Origin: an uncultured Alphaproteobacteria bacterium
Lineage (GTDB): Bacteria; Pseudomonadota; Alphaproteobacteria; JAAXGF01
Length of the DNA stretch: 62,590 bases
Assembly (NCBI GenBank): GCA_964645285.1
Contig: CAZYDR010000005.1
Coordinates: forward strand, 1 to 62,590
Reading direction: 5' to 3'
Part shown: piece by piece, positions 18,686-26,952 of the stretch
Layout: each line of letters starts with the position of its first letter
Position numbering within the stretch: position 1 is the first letter of the stretch
The notes under the pieces: generated by a model
Told to the model about the DNA's origin: nothing
Seen by the model: only the letters and a program-made list of their open reading frames with translations
The model's database searches: none
Made by a program: the position numbers and the translations under genes

Positions 18686-19534
18686 ATGAAACTTGTGCGT
18701 TACGGCACCGCGGGCGGGGAAAAGCCCGGTCTTATTGATGTCAACGGAGGACTTCGCGACCTCTCAAGTGAAATCGCCGATATCGCAGGCAATGACCTGG
18801 GGCCGGCAACCCTTGACCGGTTGCGCGTGCTCGATCCCGCATCGCTGCCGCTGGTTGATGGCGACCCGCGTCTGGCGCCACCGCTCAGCGGCATCGGCAA
18901 GATCATGGGTGTCGGCCTCAACTACGCCGACCACGCGGCGGAAAGCGGCGCGGCGGTACCCGACGAGCCGATCCTGTTCGCCAAGCAGATCACCTCTCTC
19001 AATGACCCCAACGGCGACATCGTCATGCCGCGCGAGGCCACCCAGGTCGATTGGGAGGCTGAGTTGGCCGTCGTCATCGGCACCACCGCGCGCTATGTGG
19101 ACGAGGCCGACGCCCTGAGCCACGTCGCCGGCTACTGCGTCGCCAATGATGTCTCCGAACGGGATTTCCAATCCAACCGCGGCGGCGACTGGCAGAAGGG
19201 CAAGAGTTGCGACAGCTTCGGACCCCTCGGACCCTGGCTGGTCACCGCCGACGAGGTGCCCGACCCCCAGGCCCTGCGCGTGCACCTGGAGGTCAACGGC
19301 GAGTCCATGCAGGACGGTTCGACCGATCAGATGATCTTCAGCGTCGCCCACCTCATCAGCTACATCAGTTTCTTCATGACCCTGTCAGCCGGCGACGTGA
19401 TCATTACCGGCACCCCGCCAGGCGTCGGCGCCGGCCGCACCCCGCAGCGCTTTCTCCAGCCCGGCGATGTGGTGACTGTTGGTGTGGAAGGTCTTGGCCA
19501 ACAACGCCAGGTCGTGGTTGGCCCGACCGGCTGA
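18686..19534 (+). CDS. Fumarylacetoacetate hydrolase (FAH) family protein
   Basis: 282 aa. KIMGVGLNYADHA, EAELAVVIG, GKSCDSFGPLGPWL and GDVIITGTPPGVG are typical of FAH / 2-keto-4-pentenoate hydratase-like enzymes. Confidence 0.85.
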   Translation: MKLVRYGTAGGEKPGLIDVNGGLRDLSSEIADIAGNDLGPATLDRLRVLDPASLPLVDGDPRLAPPLSGIGKIMGVGLNYADHAAESGAAVPDEPILFAKQITSLNDPNGDIVMPREATQVDWEAELAVVIGTTARYVDEADALSHVAGYCVANDVSERDFQSNRGGDWQKGKSCDSFGPLGPWLVTADEVPDPQALRVHLEVNGESMQDGSTDQMIFSVAHLISYISFFMTLSAGDVIITGTPPGVGAGRTPQRFLQPGDVVTVGVEGLGQQRQVVVGPTG

Positions 19535-19557
19535 TCCCAAAGCTAAGGACATAGATA

Positions 19558-21102
19558 ATGAACGGCGCTGAGAGTCTCACACGTACCCTGGTCGGCGGCG
19601 GTGTCGACGTTTGTTTCAGCAACCCCGGAACCTCGGAGATGCATTTCGTCGCGGCCCTTGATCGGGTCGACGGCATTCGCTGTGTGCTCGGGCTGTTCGA
19701 GGGCGTCGTCACCGGCGCCGCCGACGGCTATGCCCGCATGGCCGACAAGCCGGCGGCGACCCTGCTCCACCTCGGCCCCGGCCTGGGCAACGGCCTGGCC
19801 AATCTGCACAACGCCAAGAAGGCCTTCAGCCCGGTGGTTAACGTGGTTGGCGACCATGCGACCTATCATCTCAAACACGACGCGCCGTTGACCGCCGACA
19901 TCGAAGGCATCGCCGGGCCGGTATCCGATTGGGTGCGGACCTCACCCAACGCCATCACCGTGGCCGGCGACACCGCCGAGGCCATCGCCGCCGCCATGGC
20001 GCCGCCGGGCCAGGTGGCGACCCTGATTTTGCCGGCGGATACCGCCTGGAACGAGTCCAATGGTCCGGCCGAAGTGCCTGCCATAGCCGGCCGCCCGGCG
20101 GTCAGCGACGCCGCCATTGCCGAGGCGGTCGCCGCACTTCGTACCGGCGAGACCTGCGTCATACTGATGACCGGAGCGGCGCTCCGTGAGGCCGGGCTAG
20201 ACGCCGCCGGCCGCATCGCCGCCGCGACCGGCGCCCGGCTCATGAGCCAGACCTCCAATGGCCGGCTCCAGCGCGGCGCCGGCCGTGTCCGCGTATCGGC
20301 GGTGCCCTACCCCGTCGATATGGCCCTGGGGTCGCTGGCCGACGTCCAGCACATCATCCTGGTCGGCGCCAAGGCCCCGGTGGCGTTCTTCGCCTATCCC
20401 AACAAGCCCAGCCTGCTGTACCCCGAGGGCTGCCAGATTCACCCCCTGGCGACCATTGGTGACGACCTTGTAGGCGCCCTGGAGTGGCTGGCCGAGGAAG
20501 TCGGGGCTGCGCCCGGCAGCGCCGTAGTCGAAGCGCCGTCGCGGCCGGCCCTGCCCAACGGTGAACTGACCATCGATTCCCTGGCGGCCTCGGTCGGCGC
20601 CCTGATGCCCGAAAATACCATCGTGGTCGACGAGGGTATTACCTCGGGCCGTGGCATCCCCGCCATGACGCGCGGCGCACCGCCCCACGACTGGCTGCAA
20701 ATCACCGGTGGCTCCATCGGTATCGGCCCGCCCCTGGCGGTTGGCGCCGCGGTGGCCTGCCCCGACCGCCCGGTAGTGGCGCTCCAGGCCGACGGCAGTT
20801 CCATGTACACCATCCAGGGCTTGTGGAGCCAGGCCCGCGAGAACCTGGACATCACCACAGTGCTGTTCAACAACCGGTCCTATGCCTGCCTGCATCAGGA
20901 ACTGACCAAGGTCGGGGCCGAGAACCCGGGGCGCAAGGCTATGGATATGCTCAACCTCGACCGGCCCAAGCTTGACTTCGTGTCCCTGGCCCGGGGCATG
21001 GGCGTTGACAGCGCCCGCGTGACCACCGCCGATGAGTTCAACAACCAGCTCGCCGCCGGACTGGCGACTCGGGGCCCCTATCTGATCGAAGTCATGCTGT
21101 GA
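19558..21102 (+). CDS. Thiamine-diphosphate-dependent enzyme, acetolactate synthase large-subunit-like
   Basis: 514 aa. N-terminal ThDP PYR domain (GVDVCFSNPGTSEMHF...GAADGYAR) and C-terminal PP domain (GGSIGIGPPLAVGAA...LQADGSSMYTIQGLW..NN). Confidence 0.85.
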   Translation: MNGAESLTRTLVGGGVDVCFSNPGTSEMHFVAALDRVDGIRCVLGLFEGVVTGAADGYARMADKPAATLLHLGPGLGNGLANLHNAKKAFSPVVNVVGDHATYHLKHDAPLTADIEGIAGPVSDWVRTSPNAITVAGDTAEAIAAAMAPPGQVATLILPADTAWNESNGPAEVPAIAGRPAVSDAAIAEAVAALRTGETCVILMTGAALREAGLDAAGRIAAATGARLMSQTSNGRLQRGAGRVRVSAVPYPVDMALGSLADVQHIILVGAKAPVAFFAYPNKPSLLYPEGCQIHPLATIGDDLVGALEWLAEEVGAAPGSAVVEAPSRPALPNGELTIDSLAASVGALMPENTIVVDEGITSGRGIPAMTRGAPPHDWLQITGGSIGIGPPLAVGAAVACPDRPVVALQADGSSMYTIQGLWSQARENLDITTVLFNNRSYACLHQELTKVGAENPGRKAMDMLNLDRPKLDFVSLARGMGVDSARVTTADEFNNQLAAGLATRGPYLIEVML

Positions 21103-22325
21103 GCGAAGCCACCCGCATATGGCGGACGCCGATAGTCATTCTGGCCTTCGGCACGATCATCATGCTGATGTCGTTCGGCACCCGGGCGGGGCTCGGGCTA
21201 TTCCTTCAGCCGATCAGCAGCGACCTGGGCTGGGGCCGCGAGATTTTCGCCTTCGCCGTGGCCATCCAGAACCTGTTCTGGGGTCTGTCTCAACCCATTG
21301 CCGGCGGGCTTGCCGACAAGTACGGCTCAGGCCGAGTGATCGCCGGCTGTACCGTCATTCTGGCCGCCGGCCTCTACACCATGTCCCAGGCCACGACGCC
21401 GGGGGAAATGACCCTGACCGCCGGCGTCCTGATCGGCACCGGTCTTAGCGGCACCAGTTTCGGCGTCATCCTGGCGGTCATCAGCCGCAGCGTGCGCAAG
21501 GAGCGGCGCAGCCTGTTCCTCGGCATCGGCACCGCCGGTGGCTCGGCCGGACAGCTTCTCCTGGTACCGCTGGGTCAGTCGTTCCTGGCGGACTACGGCT
21601 GGTCCGCCACCCTGGTTTTGTTCGCTATCCTGGTCGCCGCGACCCTACCCCTGGCCGCGGCGCTGACTGGCAAACGTGGTAATCAGGGGGCAATACCGAC
21701 ACCCCTTGAAGAGCAATCTCTAACCGAGGCCCTGTGCGAGGCCCGCGCCGACCGCGGCTTTGTCTTGCTGACTATCGGCTTCTTTGTCTGCGGCTTCCAG
21801 CTTGCTTTCATCACCACCCACCTGCCCGCCTTCATCGTTGATCATGGCGCCGACGCCTCTCTGGCGGCCGTCGCCCTGGCGGTTATCGGCGCCGCCAACA
21901 TTGTCGGCTCGTTCCTGGCCGGTGTCCTGGGCAGCCGTTTCGCCAGGAAGAATCTCCTGTCATGGATTTACTTCGGCCGCTCGGCGATCATCACGGTGTT
22001 CATCCTGATGCCGATCAGCGACACCTCGATTCTGATTTTTGCCGGCACCATGGGCATTCTCTGGCTCTCTACGGTGCCTCTGACTAGCGGTCTCGTCGCC
22101 CACATTTTCGGCGTGCGCTACATGGCGACCCTGTTCGGCATCGTCTTTTTGAGCCACCAGATCGGCGGCTTCTGCGGCGCCTGGCTGGGCGGCGTGGCAT
22201 ACGATGCCACCGGCTCCTACGACGTGGTGTGGTGGCTGGCGGTGGCGCTTGGCATCATCTCGGCCCTGTTCCACTTGCCCATCGCCGAGCGCCCGGTGGC
22301 TCGTCTCACGGAGGCGCGGAACTAA
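21099..22325 (+). CDS. MFS transporter
   Basis: 408 aa, about 12 hydrophobic segments, GLADKYGSGRVI loop motif. GTG start overlaps the upstream stop (GTGA). Confidence 0.8.
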   Translation: MSEATRIWRTPIVILAFGTIIMLMSFGTRAGLGLFLQPISSDLGWGREIFAFAVAIQNLFWGLSQPIAGGLADKYGSGRVIAGCTVILAAGLYTMSQATTPGEMTLTAGVLIGTGLSGTSFGVILAVISRSVRKERRSLFLGIGTAGGSAGQLLLVPLGQSFLADYGWSATLVLFAILVAATLPLAAALTGKRGNQGAIPTPLEEQSLTEALCEARADRGFVLLTIGFFVCGFQLAFITTHLPAFIVDHGADASLAAVALAVIGAANIVGSFLAGVLGSRFARKNLLSWIYFGRSAIITVFILMPISDTSILIFAGTMGILWLSTVPLTSGLVAHIFGVRYMATLFGIVFLSHQIGGFCGAWLGGVAYDATGSYDVVWWLAVALGIISALFHLPIAERPVARLTEARN

Positions 22326-23599
22326 GACTCCACGATTGCATCAGCAGCGGCGTGACCGGAACGGACGGCGCTTTCGATGGTCGCCGGCAAGCCGGTGTCG
22401 GTCCAGTCGCCGGCCAGGTAGAGGTTGGCGGTCGGTGTTTGCGCCGCAGGTCGTCGGACGATTTCGGCGGGGGTCTGGTCGAAGGTGGCGCGGCGCACCT
22501 TTATTATCCGGTGGGGCGGCAACGGCTGAGCATCCATGTCAAGGGCCCGAGCAACGTCGGCCCATAGCAGAGCGGCAATCTCTTCCGACGGCGTCTCGAT
22601 CAAGTAGTCGGCGGCGCTAACCGTCACCGAGGCGACGTCGCCACGCAGGAAGACCCATTCCGCATGGCCGCCGATCAATCCCAACAGAGGCGAACCTTCG
22701 GGCAGTGACGCGGGCGACGGCAGCCGGTAATGGACGTTGAGGATGGCGCGATTGCCCCGGGGCACTTCGAGGTCGGGCATCAACTCGGCGGTGCGGGCCG
22801 GCGGCATGGCCAGGACGACACGGTCACCGTCGTCCAGTTCCACCGTGTAATCGCCGAACCGGAGTGCCGTCGCCCGGCCGTTGGCCATATCGATAGACCG
22901 TAGGCGGTGGCCGAAAGCCGGCTCGCAACCGCGCTCGGCCAGCCATGCCAGGGCCGGATCGACCAGGCTGGTCGACAACCCGTCACGGGCCACATAGGCG
23001 CGGCACGCCGCGGCGCCACGGCCGAAGGTCAGAGCCATGACCGGCCACATGAGCCGGGCCGAGGCTTCCTCGACCGGGGTGTTGAGGATGGCGACAATAA
23101 TCGGTTTCCAGAACCGTTCGAACAGTGGCGCATGGATATCCATGACGTCGGCAATGGTGGCGTCCGGGCCGGCCTTCCTGAGCGCCAGGGCCTCCAGATA
23201 CTGGCTGGGCCGGCTCTGAGGTACCCGGCGGCTGGAGACCAGCAGCCACCACGGCACGGGCCCGGCGTTGGGCCGCAAGGTCCAGCGTTCGCCGGAGCCA
23301 AGATCGAGGAAGGGAAACACCACCTCGGGCGCCGTGGCCAGGACGTCGCCGGCGCCGACCGTATCGAGATAGGTCATGACGCCGTCGTTGGCGCCGAGCA
23401 TCAGGTGATTGCCGTTGTCGATAATCCGTTCTAGCGCCGGATCGAGGAACGAACGGCAGCGCCCCCCAGCCTGGGGCGCCGCCTCATAGAGCACCACCCG
23501 ATGGCCGCCATGAATGAGACGCACCGCGCAGGACAGCCCGGCCATACCGGCGCCGATCACATGGACCTGGGCCACTAGGGGCCTATGGGGATACTGCAC
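22322..23599 (-). CDS. hpnE: FAD-dependent desaturase, hydroxysqualene dehydroxylase (HpnE)-like
   Basis: VHVIGAGMAGLSCAVRL dinucleotide fold, GGRCRSF...IDNGNHLMLG, and C-terminal AGDWTDTGLPATIESAVRSG, all resembling HpnE as I remember it. No hpnC/hpnD is adjacent. Confidence 0.6.
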   Translation of the reverse strand: MQYPHRPLVAQVHVIGAGMAGLSCAVRLIHGGHRVVLYEAAPQAGGRCRSFLDPALERIIDNGNHLMLGANDGVMTYLDTVGAGDVLATAPEVVFPFLDLGSGERWTLRPNAGPVPWWLLVSSRRVPQSRPSQYLEALALRKAGPDATIADVMDIHAPLFERFWKPIIVAILNTPVEEASARLMWPVMALTFGRGAAACRAYVARDGLSTSLVDPALAWLAERGCEPAFGHRLRSIDMANGRATALRFGDYTVELDDGDRVVLAMPPARTAELMPDLEVPRGNRAILNVHYRLPSPASLPEGSPLLGLIGGHAEWVFLRGDVASVTVSAADYLIETPSEEIAALLWADVARALDMDAQPLPPHRIIKVRRATFDQTPAEIVRRPAAQTPTANLYLAGDWTDTGLPATIESAVRSGHAAADAIVES

Positions 23600-23666
23600 A
23601 CAGACGCTATGATATCGCCAAACCGGCTGATCGATAAACTTGTTGGCGGAAAATTATACCAATGGA

Positions 23667-23687
23667 CATCATGATCGACTCATGATG
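23667..23687. promoter_or_regulatory. 8-bp inverted repeat CATCATGA-N5-TCATGATG in an AT-rich divergent promoter region
   Basis: Read directly. It lies in the 268-bp low-GC spacer between hpnE (minus) and the DapA-like gene (plus). Confidence 0.25.
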
Positions 23688-23867
23688 GCAAGCGCGACTA
23701 CTTAGAAATTAACCTTTCTGAATACAGCGTCATCGTTTCGCGCGAATTTTATTTTACAAAACCTAATTTTTTCTTTGGTCGAATCGAGACCTGACACGTT
23801 GACAGGGCGTCGGCGCGGCGACCAACATAGTAGGCCCTTTTTTCATTGGTCTCGAAGGACACCATCC

Positions 23868-24758
23868 ATGGAATATTACGGCATTCACGTCGCCCTGTGC
23901 ACACCGTTTCGCGGCGGCGGCAAGGCGGTCGATCACCAGCGCCTGCGCGCCCTGGTCAACGATCAGATCCGCAACGGCATCCATGGCCTGATCCCGGGCG
24001 GCTCGACCGGTGAGTTTCCGGCCCTGACCAATGAGGAACGCCGCGCCGTCACCGAAACCGTCTGCGATGCGGCCAAGGGCCGGGTGCCGGTCACCGTCGG
24101 CGTCGGCGCCATGAGCACCGCTGAGTCCGTCGGTCTGGCGCGCCACGCCAAAAAGGCCGGCGCCGATGCGGTCATGGTGGTCGGCCCTTATTATGAAGAG
24201 CCCACCGAGGATGAACTGCACGACTACATCGCCGCCATTGCCGGCGACGGCGGTTTGCCGGTGCTGCTGTACAACAACCCGGCCGGTACGGGATACAATT
24301 TGTCGACACAATTCATTGCCGAACTATCGCGCATGCCCGAGGTGGTAGCGATCAAGGACACCACCCATCAGGCGGCCCGAATTGAGGAGATCCGTCATCT
24401 CTGCGGCAAGCGGGTACAGATATTGAGCGGCCAGGACACCCTGCAATACGTCGGTTTCGTGTCCGGCGCCCGGGCGGCTGTCTGGGGCGCCCCCAATGCG
24501 GTGCCCAAAGCCTGTGCCGAGTTGTTCGAGCGCATTGTCACGCGCGGCGATTTGATCGGCGGGCGCAAGCTGTGGGACCGGCTCTATCCGGTCAACCGCT
24601 TCCTTGAGGCCGAGGGCTACGTTGCTTCGGTCAAGGCCGGGGCTCAAATTCGGGGCGTTGAAGTGGGGCCGCCGCGACTGCCGATCAAGCCACTTGCCGA
24701 CAAGCCCCGGGCCCGGCTTGCCAAGCTTATGGCGCGACTGGATAAGGCCATGGGGTGA
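23868..24758 (+). CDS. Dihydrodipicolinate synthase (DapA/NAL) family aldolase
   Basis: ATG 23868 gives MEYYGIHVALCTPF...GLIPGGSTGEFPALT...YYEEP...LYNNPAGTG...IKDT, the hallmarks of class I aldolases of the DapA family. Confidence 0.85.
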   Translation: MEYYGIHVALCTPFRGGGKAVDHQRLRALVNDQIRNGIHGLIPGGSTGEFPALTNEERRAVTETVCDAAKGRVPVTVGVGAMSTAESVGLARHAKKAGADAVMVVGPYYEEPTEDELHDYIAAIAGDGGLPVLLYNNPAGTGYNLSTQFIAELSRMPEVVAIKDTTHQAARIEEIRHLCGKRVQILSGQDTLQYVGFVSGARAAVWGAPNAVPKACAELFERIVTRGDLIGGRKLWDRLYPVNRFLEAEGYVASVKAGAQIRGVEVGPPRLPIKPLADKPRARLAKLMARLDKAMG

Positions 24759-24927
24759 AGCCGCTCTAGACAGCGGCGACTTCTTCCCCGACAATCATTG
24801 GCAATAAACGTGGTCGTCGATTGGTGTCCCGTCGCGTACGCGCGATGTTCGAGGGGGACTTGGGACAACAAGCACTAACCTCAAATAAGAAGAAGAATCA
24901 TAAACGTAGTTCAGGGAGCGCTACGCA

Positions 24928-25941
24928 ATGACTGTATTTATCGGCAAGCGCCTGGCCCTTATGATCATTACCATGGCGGTCTCGTCCTTCGTGGTCTTCG
25001 GGGTCATGGAGTTCTCGCCAGGCGACGTCGCCAGTAAGACATTGGGGCCCTACGGCAGCGACGAAGCCAAGGCCGTGCTGTTCAAAAAGCTGAATCTCGA
25101 CGATCCGCTATTGGTCCGTTACGGCCGCTGGATCGGCATCCTGTCGGGGCTCATTGTGGACCCGCTTGGCGATCCTGAACTCGACCTTGGCTTCGAGGAT
25201 TCACGCGGCCACCAGTACTTCGGCAACTTCGGCTATTCGACACTGTTCAAAGTGCCGGTTAACGATGTTCTGTGGAAGCGCCTAGCCAACACGGCGGTGT
25301 TGGGCGGTATCGCCTTCGCCATCATCGTGCCACTGTCCATACTCTTTGGCGTGCTTTCCGGTATGCGCGAAGGCAGTCTGCTCGACCGCGGCCTGTCATT
25401 GACCGGGATTACGCTGACATCGATTCCCGAATTCGCCTCCGCCGTGTTCCTGATGGCTATCTTCGTGGTGTGGCTCGGCTGGCTGCCGGGTACCAGTACC
25501 CTGGAAGTCACCCCCGAATGGCCGCTGGCCACCCACTACGTGCTGCCGGTCCTGGTGCTGGTGCTCTACGATTTCGGTTATGTGGCGCGCATGGTGCGCG
25601 GCTCCATGGTCGAAGTCATGACCAGACATTACATCCGCACCGCCATTCTCAAGGGCCTGCCCTACCGCACGGTGATCCTGCGCCACGCCCTGCGCAACGC
25701 CATGATCGCGCCGTTCACGGTGATTCTGCTGCAGCTGAACTGGCTAATTACCGGCGTGGTGGTCACCGAGGTGATCTTCGCCTATCCCGGATTCGGCCGC
25801 ATGCTGCTGGAGGCGGCGTTGTTCGGCGACATCACCATGGTCGAGGCGGGGGCGGTGTTCGCCGTCTTCGTGGCGGTGTTCACCCAGCTCGTCGGCGACA
25901 TTGGGTACATGTTTCTGAACCCGCGAATTCGGTTCACATAG
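24928..25941 (+). CDS. ABC transporter permease (DppB/OppB family)
   Basis: 337 aa, with N-terminal FIGKRLALMIITMAVSSFVVFGVMEFSPGD and an EAA-type loop region. Confidence 0.85.
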   Translation: MTVFIGKRLALMIITMAVSSFVVFGVMEFSPGDVASKTLGPYGSDEAKAVLFKKLNLDDPLLVRYGRWIGILSGLIVDPLGDPELDLGFEDSRGHQYFGNFGYSTLFKVPVNDVLWKRLANTAVLGGIAFAIIVPLSILFGVLSGMREGSLLDRGLSLTGITLTSIPEFASAVFLMAIFVVWLGWLPGTSTLEVTPEWPLATHYVLPVLVLVLYDFGYVARMVRGSMVEVMTRHYIRTAILKGLPYRTVILRHALRNAMIAPFTVILLQLNWLITGVVVTEVIFAYPGFGRMLLEAALFGDITMVEAGAVFAVFVAVFTQLVGDIGYMFLNPRIRFT

Positions 25942-25953
25942 GGGGAACGGAAT

Positions 25954-26937
25954 ATGGCTGATAAAGCGACAGGCATTAACGGCGCCCCGGTCAAGCGGGA
26001 TCCCAACGTTGCACCCGACGACATGGTTCTATGGTCATTTGATCGAATCTATGACTACGCCAACCTCACGTTCGAGATGGCCTATTACTTCGTTCGCGGC
26101 GTTTTTCGCTGGTTCTTCGTGCTACGCGAATCGCCGGTCGCCATCGTTGGCCTCTGCCTGGTCAGTTTTTGGCTGCTGATGGCGCTGTTCGCGCCATTTG
26201 TGACGCCCTACGACCCCAATGCCAACGACTTCTCCATGCTCGCCGACCCGACACCCAAGTGGTACCCGTGGGAAGCGCACTGGCTGGGCACCGACCACCT
26301 GGGCCGCGACATATGGGCGCGCATCGTCTGGGGGGCGAGGACCGTGTTGATCGTGGCGCCGACGGCTGTCTTCTGCGCCTATTTCGTCGGTTGCCTGATG
26401 GGCATGCTGGCGGGTTACATGGGCGGCTGGGTCGATATGCTGGTGAGCCGTATCTCCGACATCATCCTGTCGTTCCCGGTGCTGATCCTCTACATCATTA
26501 TTATTTCGGTCTGGGGCCCCTCGATGTTCAACATCGTCGTCGCGGTCACCTTGTCGGCATCACCGGGTATCGGGCGCATCGTGCGTGGCATGATCCTCGA
26601 TCTGCGTAATCATGAGTATGTCGATGCCGCCAAAATTCGGGGCGAGAGCCCGTTCTACATCATGCTGATCGAGTTGTTGCCCAACGCCCGGGGTCCGCTG
26701 ATCGTCGATGCCTGCGTGCGTACCGGCTACACCATCATCACCATCGGCGTTCTCGGCTTCCTCGGTCTTGGCCTGCCGCCGCCGGATCCCGACTGGGGCG
26801 GCATGGTCAAGGACACCACCGCCATGATGATCATCTGGCCCCATATGTCGTTGTTGCCCTGTTTCGCGATTTCGTCCCTGGTCATCGGCTTCAATCTGCT
26901 GGCCGACGGTCTCCGCGAAATCTCGATGCGCGACTGA
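25954..26937 (+). CDS. ABC transporter permease (DppC/OppC family)
   Basis: 327 aa with an HWLGTDHLGRDIWARI motif typical of DppC/OppC. Confidence 0.85.
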   Translation: MADKATGINGAPVKRDPNVAPDDMVLWSFDRIYDYANLTFEMAYYFVRGVFRWFFVLRESPVAIVGLCLVSFWLLMALFAPFVTPYDPNANDFSMLADPTPKWYPWEAHWLGTDHLGRDIWARIVWGARTVLIVAPTAVFCAYFVGCLMGMLAGYMGGWVDMLVSRISDIILSFPVLILYIIIISVWGPSMFNIVVAVTLSASPGIGRIVRGMILDLRNHEYVDAAKIRGESPFYIMLIELLPNARGPLIVDACVRTGYTIITIGVLGFLGLGLPPPDPDWGGMVKDTTAMMIIWPHMSLLPCFAISSLVIGFNLLADGLREISMRD

Positions 26938-26952
26938 GGCGGGAAGGAATTG

